A stretch of DNA of 56,764 bases from Novosphingobium sp. (GTDB lineage Bacteria > Pseudomonadota > Alphaproteobacteria > Sphingomonadales > Sphingomonadaceae), in the NCBI GenBank assembly GCA_035511275.1, contig DATKFS010000234.1:1-56764 (forward strand), given 5' to 3'. The notes under the pieces were generated by a model. The model was not told where the DNA came from and did not search any database. It was given only the letters and a program-made list of their open reading frames with translations. Numbering within the stretch: position 1 is the first letter of the stretch; each line of letters opens with the position of its first letter. Shown here in pieces: positions 1-9,997 of this stretch. Made by a program: the position numbers and the translations under genes.

Positions 1-1
1 C

Positions 2-136
2 ATCAGCACCACCAACCGCAACTTCGAGAGCCGGCAGGGTCCGCGCACGCGCACCCACCTCGCCTCGCCCGCCACCGTCGCCGCGTCCGCGATCGCCGGG
101 CGCATCGCCGACCCGCGCAGCCTGGAGGCGTGCTGA
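2..136 (+). CDS. leuC: 3' end of LeuC-like (aconitase-family) hydro-lyase large subunit, partial
   Basis: Frame 2 reads [44 protein letters not shown], matching the STxNRNFxGRQG / HLxSP C-terminal motifs. The stop overlaps the next ATG (TGATG). Not in the ORF track. Confidence 0.88.
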   Translation: MSTTNRNFESRQGPRTRTHLASPATVAASAIAGRIADPRSLEAC

Positions 137-750
137 TGGAGCCTTTCCGCACCCTGTCGTCGATCGCCGCACCGCTGATCCGCGACAATGTCGATACCGA
201 CGCGATCATCCCCTCGCGCGAGATGAAGTCGGTGTCGAAGAAGGGCCTGTCCGGCGGACTGTTCGCCGGATGGCGCTACGCCGACGTCGACGCGCGCGTG
301 CCCAATCCCGAATTCGTGCTCAACCGCCCGGAATATGCCGACGCGCGCATCCTGCTGGGCGGCACCAACTTCGGCAGCGGATCGAGCCGCGAACACGCGG
401 TCTGGGCGCTTGCCGAGTACGGGTTCCGCGCGGTGATCGCCACCGGGTTCAGCCCGATCTTCCGCGGCAACTGCATCCGCAACGGCGTGCTGCCGATCGC
501 GATGGACCCGGCCCCGTTCGACCGGCCCGGCATGGTGCTGGTGATCGACCTCCCCGCGCAGGAAATCCGCGCCGACGGCCGGACCTGGCACTTCGACATT
601 GACGAGGAAGCGAAACTGATGCTGACCGAGGGCCTTGACCCGATCGCCCTGACCCTGCTCGACCGCCCGACGATCGACGCGCACGAGAGCGCCGACCGGC
701 AGGCGAGGCCCTGGGCCTGGTCGGTTCTGCCCAAGGGAGAGGCCGCATGA
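136..750 (+). CDS. leuD: LeuD-like hydro-lyase small subunit
   Basis: NVDTDAIIP and NFGSGSSREHAVWAL motifs; translationally coupled to the LeuC-like gene. Confidence 0.9.
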   Translation: MEPFRTLSSIAAPLIRDNVDTDAIIPSREMKSVSKKGLSGGLFAGWRYADVDARVPNPEFVLNRPEYADARILLGGTNFGSGSSREHAVWALAEYGFRAVIATGFSPIFRGNCIRNGVLPIAMDPAPFDRPGMVLVIDLPAQEIRADGRTWHFDIDEEAKLMLTEGLDPIALTLLDRPTIDAHESADRQARPWAWSVLPKGEAA

Positions 751-2123
751 GCGAGACGATGCACGTTCCCGTCGTGGTGATCGGCGCCGGCGCCACGGGC
801 CTGTGCGCCGCGCTCGCCGCTTCCGACGCGGGCGTCGAGGTGCTGGTGATCGAGCGCGACGTGACGCCGCTGGGCTCCACCGCCATGTCCACCGGGCTCA
901 TCCCCGCCGCCGGCACGCCCGAGCAGGCGGCACAGGGCGTGGCCGACAGCCCCGAGATCTTCGCCGAGGACATCGCCCACAAGACCAAGGGCCACGCGGA
1001 TCCCGCCATGGCGCTCAACCTCGCGCGGCACTCGGCCGAGACCATCGCCTGGATGCGCGACGCGCACTCCATCCCGCTCGACCTGCTGGACGGGTTCACC
1101 TACCCCGGCCACAGCGCGCGCCGGATGTACGGCACCCCCAAGCGCTCCGGCGGCGAACTGATGGGCTGTCTGCAGAGCGCGGCGGAGGACGCGGGCGCCA
1201 TGCTGCTGACCGACGCCACCGTCACCGACCTCGTCGCGGACGAGACCGGCCAGGTCACGCTGGTGCGCTTCTCGCGCCCCGACGGCAGCATCGAGGAGGT
1301 CTCCTGCGATGCGCTGGTGCTCGCCTGCTCTGGCTTCGCGGGCAATGCAGCGATGGTTGCCGAGCATATCCCGGAAATGGCCGAGGCGACCTTCCACGGC
1401 CATCCCGGCAACAAGGGCGACGCGCTGCGCTGGGGCGAGCAGCTCGGCGCGGCCACGGCCGACCTCACCGGCTACCAGGGCCACGGCGGCCTTGCCCACG
1501 GCTACGGCATCCCGATCCTCTGGCCGCTCATCATGCAGGGCGGGTTCCAGGTGAACGTCGAGGGACGGCGCTTCAGCAACGAGGCCGCGGGCTATTCCGA
1601 GCAGGCCGCCAAGGTCAATGCGCAGCCGGGCCACGTCGCCTGGTCGATCTTCGACGAGCGGTTGCACACACTCATGTGCGAGTTCGAGGACTACCGCGAC
1701 GCGCTGTCGGCGCAGGCGATCACCAGCGCCGAGGACCTCGACGCGCTCGCCTTCGCGACCCGGCTCCCGCCCGAGGCGCTGGCCGAGACGGTCGCCGAAG
1801 TTGCCGCGCTCACGCGGGGCGAGGGCGAGGACGCCTTCGGCCGCGACTTCACCGGCAAGCCGGAACTGGCGGGACCCTGGTATGCGGCCAAGGTCACCGG
1901 CGCGCTGTTCCACACGCAGGGCGGGCTGGTGGTCGACGACGAGGCGCGCGTCCGGCGTGCCGACGGCAGCGCACTGCCCAACGTCTTCGCGGGCGGCGGT
2001 GCGGCGCGCGGCATCTCGGGTGACGGTTCCTACGGCTACCTTGCGGGCAACGGGCTGCTGACGGCCACCACGCTGGGCAAGATTGCGGGCCGCAGCGCCG
2101 CCGCATTGGCGAGCGGCGCGTGA
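747..2123 (+). CDS. FAD-dependent oxidoreductase, fumarate reductase/TcuA-like flavoprotein family
   Basis: GAGATG Rossmann motif, GSTAMSTG, HTQGGLVVD, GNGLLTATTLG C-terminal motif; ATGA overlap with leuD. Confidence 0.85.
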   Translation: MSETMHVPVVVIGAGATGLCAALAASDAGVEVLVIERDVTPLGSTAMSTGLIPAAGTPEQAAQGVADSPEIFAEDIAHKTKGHADPAMALNLARHSAETIAWMRDAHSIPLDLLDGFTYPGHSARRMYGTPKRSGGELMGCLQSAAEDAGAMLLTDATVTDLVADETGQVTLVRFSRPDGSIEEVSCDALVLACSGFAGNAAMVAEHIPEMAEATFHGHPGNKGDALRWGEQLGAATADLTGYQGHGGLAHGYGIPILWPLIMQGGFQVNVEGRRFSNEAAGYSEQAAKVNAQPGHVAWSIFDERLHTLMCEFEDYRDALSAQAITSAEDLDALAFATRLPPEALAETVAEVAALTRGEGEDAFGRDFTGKPELAGPWYAAKVTGALFHTQGGLVVDDEARVRRADGSALPNVFAGGGAARGISGDGSYGYLAGNGLLTATTLGKIAGRSAAALASGA

Positions 2124-2232
2124 TCTGATCGCCCTGCGAACAATTGCTTGTCCCGGAGGCTGCAAATGTATTATGTTGCAGACAAATGAGCAGCAGCTCA
2201 CCGGGATTCGCATAGCAAGGGTACGCTAGATC

Positions 2233-3096
2233 ATGGCTTCACGCGCGGTCATTCCTCTCGACAATCGCAACGCCATCGCCAACGACATCGAGGCCGATGG
2301 CGACGAGGGATCGGGCGGCCGCGGCATTCCGATCCGCGCCATCAGCCGCGCGATCAGCGTGCTACAGGCGATCAACCGCGCGGGCTCGCTCAACATGATG
2401 GACATCGCCCAGGCCTCGCAGGTGCCCTATCCCACCGCCTGCCGGATCGTGCAGACGCTGCTCCACGAAGGGCTGATCGAGCGGGAGGAGACGCGCAAGC
2501 ACTACCGCCCGACGCCGCTGGTGCGCACGCTTTCGCAGGGGTTCGAGGGCCATGGCGAGCTGGTCCACGTCGCCCGCCCGCACATCTCGGCGCTGACGCG
2601 CGAGATCGGCTGGCCCATCTCGCTGTCCACCCACGTCGGCAGTTCGATGGTGCTGCGCGATTCGACGCATTCGCTGACCTCGCTGTGCTTCAACGAGTAC
2701 CACCCCGGCTATGCCATGCCGATCCTCGACTGCGCCGCCGGGCTGGTCCACCTCGCCTTCTGCTCCGAGGACGAGCGCGAGACGGTGCTGGGCAGCCTGT
2801 CGCGCTTCGGGGACGACGAGATCCGCCACGTCCTCGGCGTGCTGCGCGAAGGCGCGCTGCTCGACGGCATCCGTGCCAGCGGCTATGCGGCGCGCGGCTA
2901 CAACCGCTTCACGCTGAACCCGGGCAAGACCTCGTCGATCGCGGTGCCGATCCTGAACGGGGACGTGGTGCACGGCTGCCTGACGGTCGCGTTCTTCTCC
3001 ACCGCCATCGAAATCCGCGAGGCCGTGCGCGAGCTGGCGCCCCGCCTCAAGGCCTGCGCGAGCGAGATCGCCAGCGGGATGATCGGCGCGCACTGA
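2233..3096 (+). CDS. IclR-family (MhpR-like) transcriptional regulator
   Basis: N-terminal HTH (IRAISRAISVLQAIN...PYPTACRIVQTL) and IclR C-terminal domain (SSIAVPI). Confidence 0.9.
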   Translation: MASRAVIPLDNRNAIANDIEADGDEGSGGRGIPIRAISRAISVLQAINRAGSLNMMDIAQASQVPYPTACRIVQTLLHEGLIEREETRKHYRPTPLVRTLSQGFEGHGELVHVARPHISALTREIGWPISLSTHVGSSMVLRDSTHSLTSLCFNEYHPGYAMPILDCAAGLVHLAFCSEDERETVLGSLSRFGDDEIRHVLGVLREGALLDGIRASGYAARGYNRFTLNPGKTSSIAVPILNGDVVHGCLTVAFFSTAIEIREAVRELAPRLKACASEIASGMIGAH

Positions 3097-3100
3097 CCCC

Positions 3101-3126
3101 TATGGCGGCGTCACCGCGCCGCCATA
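3101..3126 (+). terminator. Hairpin after first iclR gene
   Basis: TATGGCGGCG-TCACCG-CGCCGCCATA, 10-bp perfect stem. Confidence 0.55.
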
Positions 3127-3139
3127 CGCTTTATGCATG
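3123..3139. promoter_or_regulatory. 17-bp imperfect palindromic operator, copy 1
   Basis: CATACGCTTTATGCATG; related sites at 7928-7944 and 11559-11575. Confidence 0.65.
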
Positions 3140-3315
3140 AGCACGGCCCGAATCGCGCCCGACGGTCCAAATCGATCATTCATATAATTGAAATTACACG
3201 ATTTTATTTCGGAGCGGTGCCGGGACGAGCGTCGATCGCCTTTTGCACTATTGTTGCGACAATATAGCAATTCCGATAGCCTTCCCTCTCGTACTCTCGA
3301 ATGGGGACTGGATCG

Positions 3316-4215
3316 ATGGCTACTCGCGCGCTCATTCCGCTGGACGACGATCTCGCCGCCGACGCCGACCGCGAACCCGAGCGCGGCATTCCGATCCGCT
3401 CGGTCACGCGGGCCGTGGCGGTGCTCCAGGCGATCAACCGCAACGGCTCGCTGAGCATGATGCAGGTCGCGCAGGCATCCAACGTGCCCTACCCGACCGC
3501 GTGCCGGATCGTGCAGACGCTGATCCACGAGGGCCTGGTCGAGCGCGAACCGCAGCGCAAGTTCTACCGGCCCACCGCGCTCGTCCAGACGCTGTCGCAC
3601 GGCTATCAGGGCGACAGCGCGCTGGTGGACGTGGCGCGGCCGCACATCACCGCGCTGACCGAGCGCATCGGCTGGCCGGTCACGCTCACCACGCAGGTGG
3701 GCGGCACCATGGTCCTGCGCGATTCGACGCATTCGCTGACGACGCTGACGTTCAACCAGTACCACCCGGGCTATTCGATCCCGATCCTCGCCTGCGCCGC
3801 CGGGCTCGTCCATCTCGCGTTCTGCCCCGATGCGGAGCGCGACAAGACGCTGGGAATGCTGGAGCGCTTCGGCGACAAGGACACGCAGCACATGCTGCAA
3901 CTGGCGCGCGACGGCGGTCTGCTCGCCACGGTGCGGGCCAGCGGCTACGCGGCGCGGGGGTACAACCGGTTCACCCGCAATCCGGGCAAGACCTCGTCCA
4001 TCGCCGTGCCGGTCATGGTGGACGGCGAGATCGAGTGCGCGCTGACCGTGGCGTTCTTCGCCGCCACCATCGAGGTCCGCAAGGCGGTGCGCGAACTGCT
4101 GGAACCCTTGCGCGAATGCGCCGCGGTGATCGGGCGCGACATGTCCCGCTCCCGTGCCGAGACCTGGCCGGTTCCCGTGCCGGCGCCCGTCCGCCCGTCG
4201 CTGCGCCGGGTCTGA
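3316..4215 (+). CDS. IclR-family transcriptional regulator, paralogue 2
   Basis: Colinear with 2233-3096 (MATRALIPLD vs MASRAVIPLD); start chosen by alignment of the N-termini. Confidence 0.9.
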   Translation: MATRALIPLDDDLAADADREPERGIPIRSVTRAVAVLQAINRNGSLSMMQVAQASNVPYPTACRIVQTLIHEGLVEREPQRKFYRPTALVQTLSHGYQGDSALVDVARPHITALTERIGWPVTLTTQVGGTMVLRDSTHSLTTLTFNQYHPGYSIPILACAAGLVHLAFCPDAERDKTLGMLERFGDKDTQHMLQLARDGGLLATVRASGYAARGYNRFTRNPGKTSSIAVPVMVDGEIECALTVAFFAATIEVRKAVRELLEPLRECAAVIGRDMSRSRAETWPVPVPAPVRPSLRRV

Positions 4216-5216
4216 TGCCGGGCCCCAAGCGCGGGCGGCGGGGGATGATCGTCGCCGGCCTGCTCGCCGCCGCGACGACGGCCTGCGCCGGGTTCGTGGT
4301 CGCCGCGCGCGCCGGATGGCTGTCGCGCGACGAGCGCACGGTGGTTTCGCGCCACGAGACGCCGGGCTCCCGGTTCGTGACCGTGGAGGGCGTGCGCATC
4401 CACTATCTCGACGAAGGGCCCCGGCTCGACGAAGGGTCCAAGCCGCCGGTGCTGCTGCTCCACGGCTCCTATCTCGATGTCCATGCCTATGACGGATGGA
4501 CGCGCGATCTGGCCCGCGACCACCGCGTCGTCCGGCTCGACCGCCCGGCGTTCGGCCTGACCGGGCACGACCCGCACCCCACCGCCGGCTACGAGCGCGA
4601 GGCGGACGTCGTCGCCGCCTTCGCCGACCGGCTGGGAATCCGGGACGCGGTGCTGGTCGGCGCGTCGAGCGGGGGAACCACCGCCGCGCGCATCGCCGCG
4701 CACCGTCCCGATCTCGTCTCGCGCCTCGTGCTCATCAACTTCCCGCTCGCCCGGCGCTACATCAAGCCCGAGCGCGCCTATGCGCTCTCGATCTGGCTGC
4801 GCGACGAAGTGCTGCTGAACTACCAGCCCGCGTGGCTGACGCGCTGGATGCTGAACCAGAACCTCGCCGACAATGCCGCCGCCTCGCCCGCCATGGTGCG
4901 CCGCCTGACCGACGAGGCGAACCGCCCCGGCGTGCTGGAGGACCGGCGCCGCCTGGAAGCGGGCGCGCACGGCTATACGCAGGCGGAGCGCGAGGCCGAT
5001 CTCGCCGCGATCCGCGCGCCCTCGCTGCTGATCTGGGGACGCGACAACCCGCTGCTCACGGTGAAGAGCGGGCAGGACGCCTTCGCCAGGGTCGGCGCCG
5101 CACAGAAGCGCATGGCGGTGATCGACCACGCCTCGCACATGATCCCGGTCGAGAAGTCCGCCGAGAGCCTTGCGCTGGTGCGCGCCTTCCTCGCCGAAAC
5201 GGACGCTGAGCGCTGA
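4215..5216 (+). CDS. Alpha/beta hydrolase (canonical Ser elbow) with N-terminal signal/anchor
   Basis: LLHGS, VGASSGG nucleophile elbow, WGRDNP, ASHM; TGATG overlap with iclR2. Confidence 0.85.
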   Translation: MPGPKRGRRGMIVAGLLAAATTACAGFVVAARAGWLSRDERTVVSRHETPGSRFVTVEGVRIHYLDEGPRLDEGSKPPVLLLHGSYLDVHAYDGWTRDLARDHRVVRLDRPAFGLTGHDPHPTAGYEREADVVAAFADRLGIRDAVLVGASSGGTTAARIAAHRPDLVSRLVLINFPLARRYIKPERAYALSIWLRDEVLLNYQPAWLTRWMLNQNLADNAAASPAMVRRLTDEANRPGVLEDRRRLEAGAHGYTQAEREADLAAIRAPSLLIWGRDNPLLTVKSGQDAFARVGAAQKRMAVIDHASHMIPVEKSAESLALVRAFLAETDAER

Positions 5217-5243
5217 AACCGAAACGGGCGCTGAAACGGAAAC

Positions 5244-5265
5244 GGGCGGGGACCGCTCCCCGCCC
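5244..5265. terminator. Hairpin between convergent genes
   Basis: GGGCGGGG-ACCGCT-CCCCGCCC. Confidence 0.55.
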
Positions 5266-5292
5266 GCTCCTTCGAGCCGCTGCCTTTTCAGG

Positions 5293-7668
5293 TCAGAAGT
5301 CGATGCTCGCGCGCACGCCGAAGGTCGCCGGATCGGCGAGCGACACGATGATGCCGTTGACGCTGCGCGTGGTGCCGGTCGGCCCGTATTCGTTGTAGGC
5401 CACCCGCGCCAGGCTGCTGGGCGTGCGGTTGTCGAAGATGTTGGTCCCGAACGCTTCCAGCCGGATGTTGTCGACCTTCACGCCCACGCGCAGGTTGAAC
5501 TTCACGTTCTCGGGAATGTAGGCCGCGTTCGCCTCGCTCTCGTAGATGCGGTCGGTGTAGATCGCGTCCATCCGCACGAAGGGCGAGAGGTGGTCGGTAT
5601 AGGCATGTTCCCAGCTGACGCCGAGGCTGCCCGACTTCTCCGGATAGTAGGGAAGCTGCGTGCCGACCGGGCTGGCATTGCCGGTGATCGCCAGCGCATC
5701 GGCGCTGTAGGTCTGCTTGATCTCGGTATGCGCGTAGCCGAAGGTGCCGTCGATGGTCCAGTCGGGGTGCGGCATGTAGAGCAGTTCAAGCTCGAAGCCC
5801 GCAAGGTCCACCTTGCCCGAAGGCGCGGTGACGATGAGCTGGCTCAGCACGCCCGACGCCGCCGCGCCCTCGTTGGCGTAGTAGAGCACGGTGCTCGGGA
5901 TGTGGCGGTCCTTCCACTGCCCGTAGTAGGCGGAGGCCAGCACGCGCAGCTTGCGGTCGATCAGCCAGCCCTTGTAGCCGACCTCGTACATGTAGAGCTT
6001 GTCCTCTGGCACGGTGCCGCTGACGTTTGCCTGCCGGTCGATCTGCGCCTGCACGTAGGCGGTCTGCGAGAAGTACGAGGAGTTGAACTCGCCAGGACGG
6101 TTGCCGACCGAGAACGAGCCGTAGACCATGTTGTCGCGGTCGAACTCGTACTGCAGGATCGCGCGCGGGGTGAACGAGCGGAAGGTGTCCTGGAACTCCG
6201 GGTTCGTTCCGGCGAAGGTCTTCTGGTACTGCTTGTCCCACTGGTAGCGGGCCTCGCCCGAGAAGCTCAGGCCATCGGTGATGTCCCAGTTGACCGAGCC
6301 GAAGATGCCGATCGTCTTGGTGTTGTTGAGCACGCGCGGGGTGACCGTCAGGTAGCCCGCGCCGGAATAGTTCGTCGTGATGACGTCGTAGTCCTGGTCG
6401 AGGTAGTTCGCGCCCACGGTCGCCCGGATCGGCTTGTCGCGGGGCGAGGACAGGCGCACTTCGCCGTAGTAGTCCTCGTCGCGCGGGCCGCCCTGGATGA
6501 GGTTGTAGGCATAAGGCAGCGGCGCCGGCCCGACGCTGGGGATGTTGCGCGTGTCGTAGCCGAACAGCGTCTGCAGGAAGTTCCACTTGTTGATGTCGTA
6601 GGACCCGATCGCGCTGACGTTCCAGGTGCCGATGTCCCAGTCCATGCTGAGCCGCACCTGCGCCGCCTCGCGGTGGAGGCCGAGATGGTCGATGAAGCCG
6701 GGCCCGAACGAGGTCGCCCCGGCCTGCAGCGCATCGTAGGCCACCGGCAGCAGGTTCTGGTTCCAGGTGACGGTGTCCTTCGGGTAGCCGGTCAGCTTGT
6801 CGCAGGTGTAGTTGAGCGAGCCCGCAGGCGCCGCGCCGCCGTTGCAGTTCCAGGTGGACTGGTTGTAGCGCCCGTTCGCGGGCAGCCCGTCGTCGTCCTC
6901 CCAGTAGACGCCGAAGGCCTTGAAGTGCAGGTCGGGCGTGGGATCGAAGCGCAGGGTGCCGCTGATAGACTTGGTGTCGCGCTCGCCCAGCCGCACGACG
7001 GGGTAGTTCACGTCCTTGTAGGCGCCGTCGGTGTGGTAGAGGTGGCCGCCGAGGCGGAACGCCAGCACGTCCTGCGCGATCGGGCCCTCGACGCTGGCCT
7101 TGATATCGTAGGTGTTGAAGCTGGCGTAGCTGACGTCGAGGTCGCCGCCCCAGTCGTATTCCGGGGGCCGGGTGACGAGGTTGATCGCGCCCGCGAATGT
7201 CGCGCGGCCGAAGAAGGCGCTCTGCGGGCCCTTGACCACCTCGATGCGGTCGATGTTGCTGACCCCCTCGAAGTTGCCGCCCGGCACCGGCGCGCCGTCG
7301 ACAAACAGCGTCACGCTCTGGCGCGAGGACGAGGCGCTGCCGGGCACCACGCCGCGGATGATGTACTGCTTGTAGCCACGGTCGTTGCGCCCGACGGACT
7401 GGTTCTGGTTGCGCAGGCCCGGCGTGAACGAGGCGACGTCGTTCATGTCCTTGATGTCGCGCGCCTGCAGCGCATCGGCGGTGATCGCGGTGATCGAGAC
7501 GGGAACCTGGGTCAGGCTCTCGTTGGTCTTGCGCGCGGTGACGACGATGTCGCCCGCAGGGGCGGGTTCCTCGGCGGCGGTGTCCTGGGCCTGCGCGGTG
7601 CCCAGCGGAAACAGCAGCGCGCTCGTCATGAGCAACGCGGCGCGCGATAGCTTCGTGGATCTTCTCAT
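5293..7668 (-). CDS. TonB-dependent receptor
   Basis: Signal peptide, DIVVTARK TonB-box region, IEVVKGPQSAFFGRATFAGAINLVT plug motif, C-terminal Phe. Confidence 0.95.
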   Translation of the reverse strand: MRRSTKLSRAALLMTSALLFPLGTAQAQDTAAEEPAPAGDIVVTARKTNESLTQVPVSITAITADALQARDIKDMNDVASFTPGLRNQNQSVGRNDRGYKQYIIRGVVPGSASSSRQSVTLFVDGAPVPGGNFEGVSNIDRIEVVKGPQSAFFGRATFAGAINLVTRPPEYDWGGDLDVSYASFNTYDIKASVEGPIAQDVLAFRLGGHLYHTDGAYKDVNYPVVRLGERDTKSISGTLRFDPTPDLHFKAFGVYWEDDDGLPANGRYNQSTWNCNGGAAPAGSLNYTCDKLTGYPKDTVTWNQNLLPVAYDALQAGATSFGPGFIDHLGLHREAAQVRLSMDWDIGTWNVSAIGSYDINKWNFLQTLFGYDTRNIPSVGPAPLPYAYNLIQGGPRDEDYYGEVRLSSPRDKPIRATVGANYLDQDYDVITTNYSGAGYLTVTPRVLNNTKTIGIFGSVNWDITDGLSFSGEARYQWDKQYQKTFAGTNPEFQDTFRSFTPRAILQYEFDRDNMVYGSFSVGNRPGEFNSSYFSQTAYVQAQIDRQANVSGTVPEDKLYMYEVGYKGWLIDRKLRVLASAYYGQWKDRHIPSTVLYYANEGAAASGVLSQLIVTAPSGKVDLAGFELELLYMPHPDWTIDGTFGYAHTEIKQTYSADALAITGNASPVGTQLPYYPEKSGSLGVSWEHAYTDHLSPFVRMDAIYTDRIYESEANAAYIPENVKFNLRVGVKVDNIRLEAFGTNIFDNRTPSSLARVAYNEYGPTGTTRSVNGIIVSLADPATFGVRASIDF

Positions 7669-7927
7669 TCGATTTCCCCCCTTGCCTGAAGAGCGCTGCG
7701 CCGCTCCGGTGGGGGCGGCCGCGACGGGCGACTATCGGCCCGTCGTCATGGTTGCAGCGAGGAGAGGGTCTGCCGACCGGGCGCTACAGGCCAGACCGCA
7801 ATGTGGGCTGACCACGTGTCGAGAAGCGGCCCGCCACGCGGGGCATGGGGAAGCTCCGACCACGCGGGTTAAATTGTTGTAATACCGTCATTTTGGTACG
7901 GAAATTCCGCGCCGGTCGATTGCGGGC

Positions 7928-7944
7928 CATACGCTTTGCGTATG
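7928..7944. promoter_or_regulatory. 17-bp palindromic operator, copy 2 (perfect)
   Basis: CATACGC-TTT-GCGTATG (arms extend to 8 bp, 7927-7945), in the region upstream of the TBDR. Confidence 0.65.
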
Positions 7945-8114
7945 GGAAAGGTGACACTTCGCGCTTGCCTTGCGGCGGCTCGGCGGGGTTATCCCGCCGC
8001 ACATGCGACAAGGCGCGCATATCGTCTCCGACATGCGCGCCCGGTCTTGGCAATGTCATCCCAGGTGCCGCTAAGGTACGCCCCGGCGCCGCCCAGGTGT
8101 CGTTCGGGACAGGC

Positions 8115-9128
8115 TCAGCCCGCCAGCCATTTCGCGTGGCGCTGCATCCCTGCGCGCACTTGCGCGGCGAACCAGTCCAGCCCCCGGAAGCGCAGCGAGG
8201 CGCGGCCCACCGAGTTGACGTTGTGCGCGATCCCGGCGGCTAGCTGGAAGGTCTTCACGAAGACGAAGAGATCGAGCAGCGCGAATTCGTCCGCCGTCAT
8301 CGGCCGCACGGCATTGTAGCCGCGCACGAAGGCCTGCCCCAGTTCCGGCGGAAAACCGTAGAAATCGCTGCCGAAAACGTAGTTCGCGATGTCCTTGAGG
8401 AAATAGCCCGAACCGCATCCGTCGAAGTCGAGGATGGTGATGCGCCCGGCCTCGTCGACATGCGCGTTGCTGGGATGGAGGTCGCCGTGGCAGGCGCCGC
8501 GCGGCAGGTCGTATTGGTCGAAGCCGTCGATGGCGGCCTGCACGACGGGCGCGAAACGGGCATAGTCGCGCGCCTCGTCCGGGCGGTCGGCGACGAGGTC
8601 GAGCAGGTCGGGCAAGTCGCGCAGCAAGTGCCCCCGGCTGAGGTCCACCTCGTGCGGCGCCACGTAGTCGCGGCCCAGGACGTGCATCCGCGCGAGCAGC
8701 CGGCCGACCTGCTCGGCGGTTTCGGGCGTGTGGCTGTCGAACACCTTGACGCCCGGCGCCCACTCGTAAAGCGCCACCGCACGCAGTGCCTCGGGCGCCT
8801 CCAGCGTGAAGTACCAGCTCCCGTCGCGCAGCGGCACCGGGAACGAGGCGGGAAAATCGCACGATCGCAGGAAGTTGAGGAAGGCCAGCTCGTTCTCGAC
8901 CTCGTCAAGCCCGCGCCACGTCCCGCGCCAGACGCGCAGCGCCCAGCGACGGTCCCCGGCGGAAACCACGTAGACGTCGTTCATCCCGCGAAACAGCAGC
9001 GAGGCGCGCACGCCTTCGGGCAGGTCGTAGCGCGCCGCCACCTCGCGGGCGAGCGCCCGGGCATCGAGCACCGAGTGGGCGACGAGGCCGTGCGAGACTT
9101 CGGGACGGTCCTGGGTGGTGGTCAGCAT
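8115..9128 (-). CDS. APH/type II homoserine kinase-fold phosphotransferase
   Basis: NDVY, ALRVWR, CHGDLHPSN (Brenner motif), ILDFD; start overlaps the upstream gene. Confidence 0.88.
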   Translation of the reverse strand: MLTTTQDRPEVSHGLVAHSVLDARALAREVAARYDLPEGVRASLLFRGMNDVYVVSAGDRRWALRVWRGTWRGLDEVENELAFLNFLRSCDFPASFPVPLRDGSWYFTLEAPEALRAVALYEWAPGVKVFDSHTPETAEQVGRLLARMHVLGRDYVAPHEVDLSRGHLLRDLPDLLDLVADRPDEARDYARFAPVVQAAIDGFDQYDLPRGACHGDLHPSNAHVDEAGRITILDFDGCGSGYFLKDIANYVFGSDFYGFPPELGQAFVRGYNAVRPMTADEFALLDLFVFVKTFQLAAGIAHNVNSVGRASLRFRGLDWFAAQVRAGMQRHAKWLAG

Positions 9129-9997
9129 GGCATCTGTTCTCCGGAGACGGGGGCCGCGAGGAAGGCCGCGACGGCGGCGGCGTAGCCCGGCAGCCCGCCC
9201 GACGGCGCCGAGACCCGCCCGTCCGGCATCAGCGCGGCGATCTCGGCGGCGGCGGCATTGAGCTTGGGCGGACCCCATTCGGGCTGCATCAGCAGCACCG
9301 GGCCGCGCACCAGCGCGGCGCGGGCGCGGGCGGGGTAGGCGAAGGCGGCCAGGTAGGGGATGTGGTAAGTGTCCAGCGCCTTCAGGATGTCCAGCGCGCC
9401 CTCATGGAGCACTTCGGGCGGGGGCACGTCCTTGGCCAGCCGGAACGCGGCCTCGCGGCGGAAATAGGGCGCGAAGAGGTGCTGGTCGCGCACGAAATGG
9501 AAGCCCCAGACCATCTGGCGGCCGTACTCGTCGGGCTCCACGCGGGGCACGTAGCTCTCGGTGTAGAGCGCCTGCGTGGCGGCGTCGTATTCGGTGATCC
9601 CGCTCATCACCAGCGCGCCGACGCGCGCGGGCCACGACGCGGCGATCTCGCAGGCGATCCGGGCGCCGGTGTGCGAGCCGTAGAGGTCGAACGCGCCGAG
9701 CCCCAGCGCATCGGCGAGGCGGACGGTGGCATCGGCGAAATAGGCGATGTCGGCATCGGCGCGCGCGGGAGGGGCGGAATCGCCGTTGCCGAGCGTGTCC
9801 GGCGCAAGGATTTCCCCGGCATGTCCGGCCTCGCGCAGCGCCAGCATCAGCGGCTCCATGCTGCGGGAAGACGCCGGCGACAGGTGCAGCATCAGCAGCG
9901 GCCGCTGCCCTTCCGCGCCGGGCAGCGCGGGCAGGCTGCGGTAATGCACCTGCCCTTCGGCGATGCGCGCGAAGTTGCGGTCGACCGGCGCGCTCAC
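9122..9997 (-). CDS. Alpha/beta-hydrolase-fold protein, His-elbow type
   Basis: GQVHYR, LHLSPASS, APDTLGNGDS, LYGSHTGA; GTG start overlaps the methyltransferase stop (GTGA). Confidence 0.85.
   Translation of the reverse strand: MSAPVDRNFARIAEGQVHYRSLPALPGAEGQRPLLMLHLSPASSRSMEPLMLALREAGHAGEILAPDTLGNGDSAPPARADADIAYFADATVRLADALGLGAFDLYGSHTGARIACEIAASWPARVGALVMSGITEYDAATQALYTESYVPRVEPDEYGRQMVWGFHFVRDQHLFAPYFRREAAFRLAKDVPPPEVLHEGALDILKALDTYHIPYLAAFAYPARARAALVRGPVLLMQPEWGPPKLNAAAAEIAALMPDGRVSAPSGGLPGYAAAVAAFLAAPVSGEQMPC

Noticed and set aside
5192-5246. CRISPR-like repeat
   Set aside because: Two adjacent 18-bp copies with no spacers and no cas genes.
8115-9128. Aminoglycoside resistance gene
   Set aside because: Only the fold motifs are shared; it is the last gene of a coupled metabolic operon with no mobile context.
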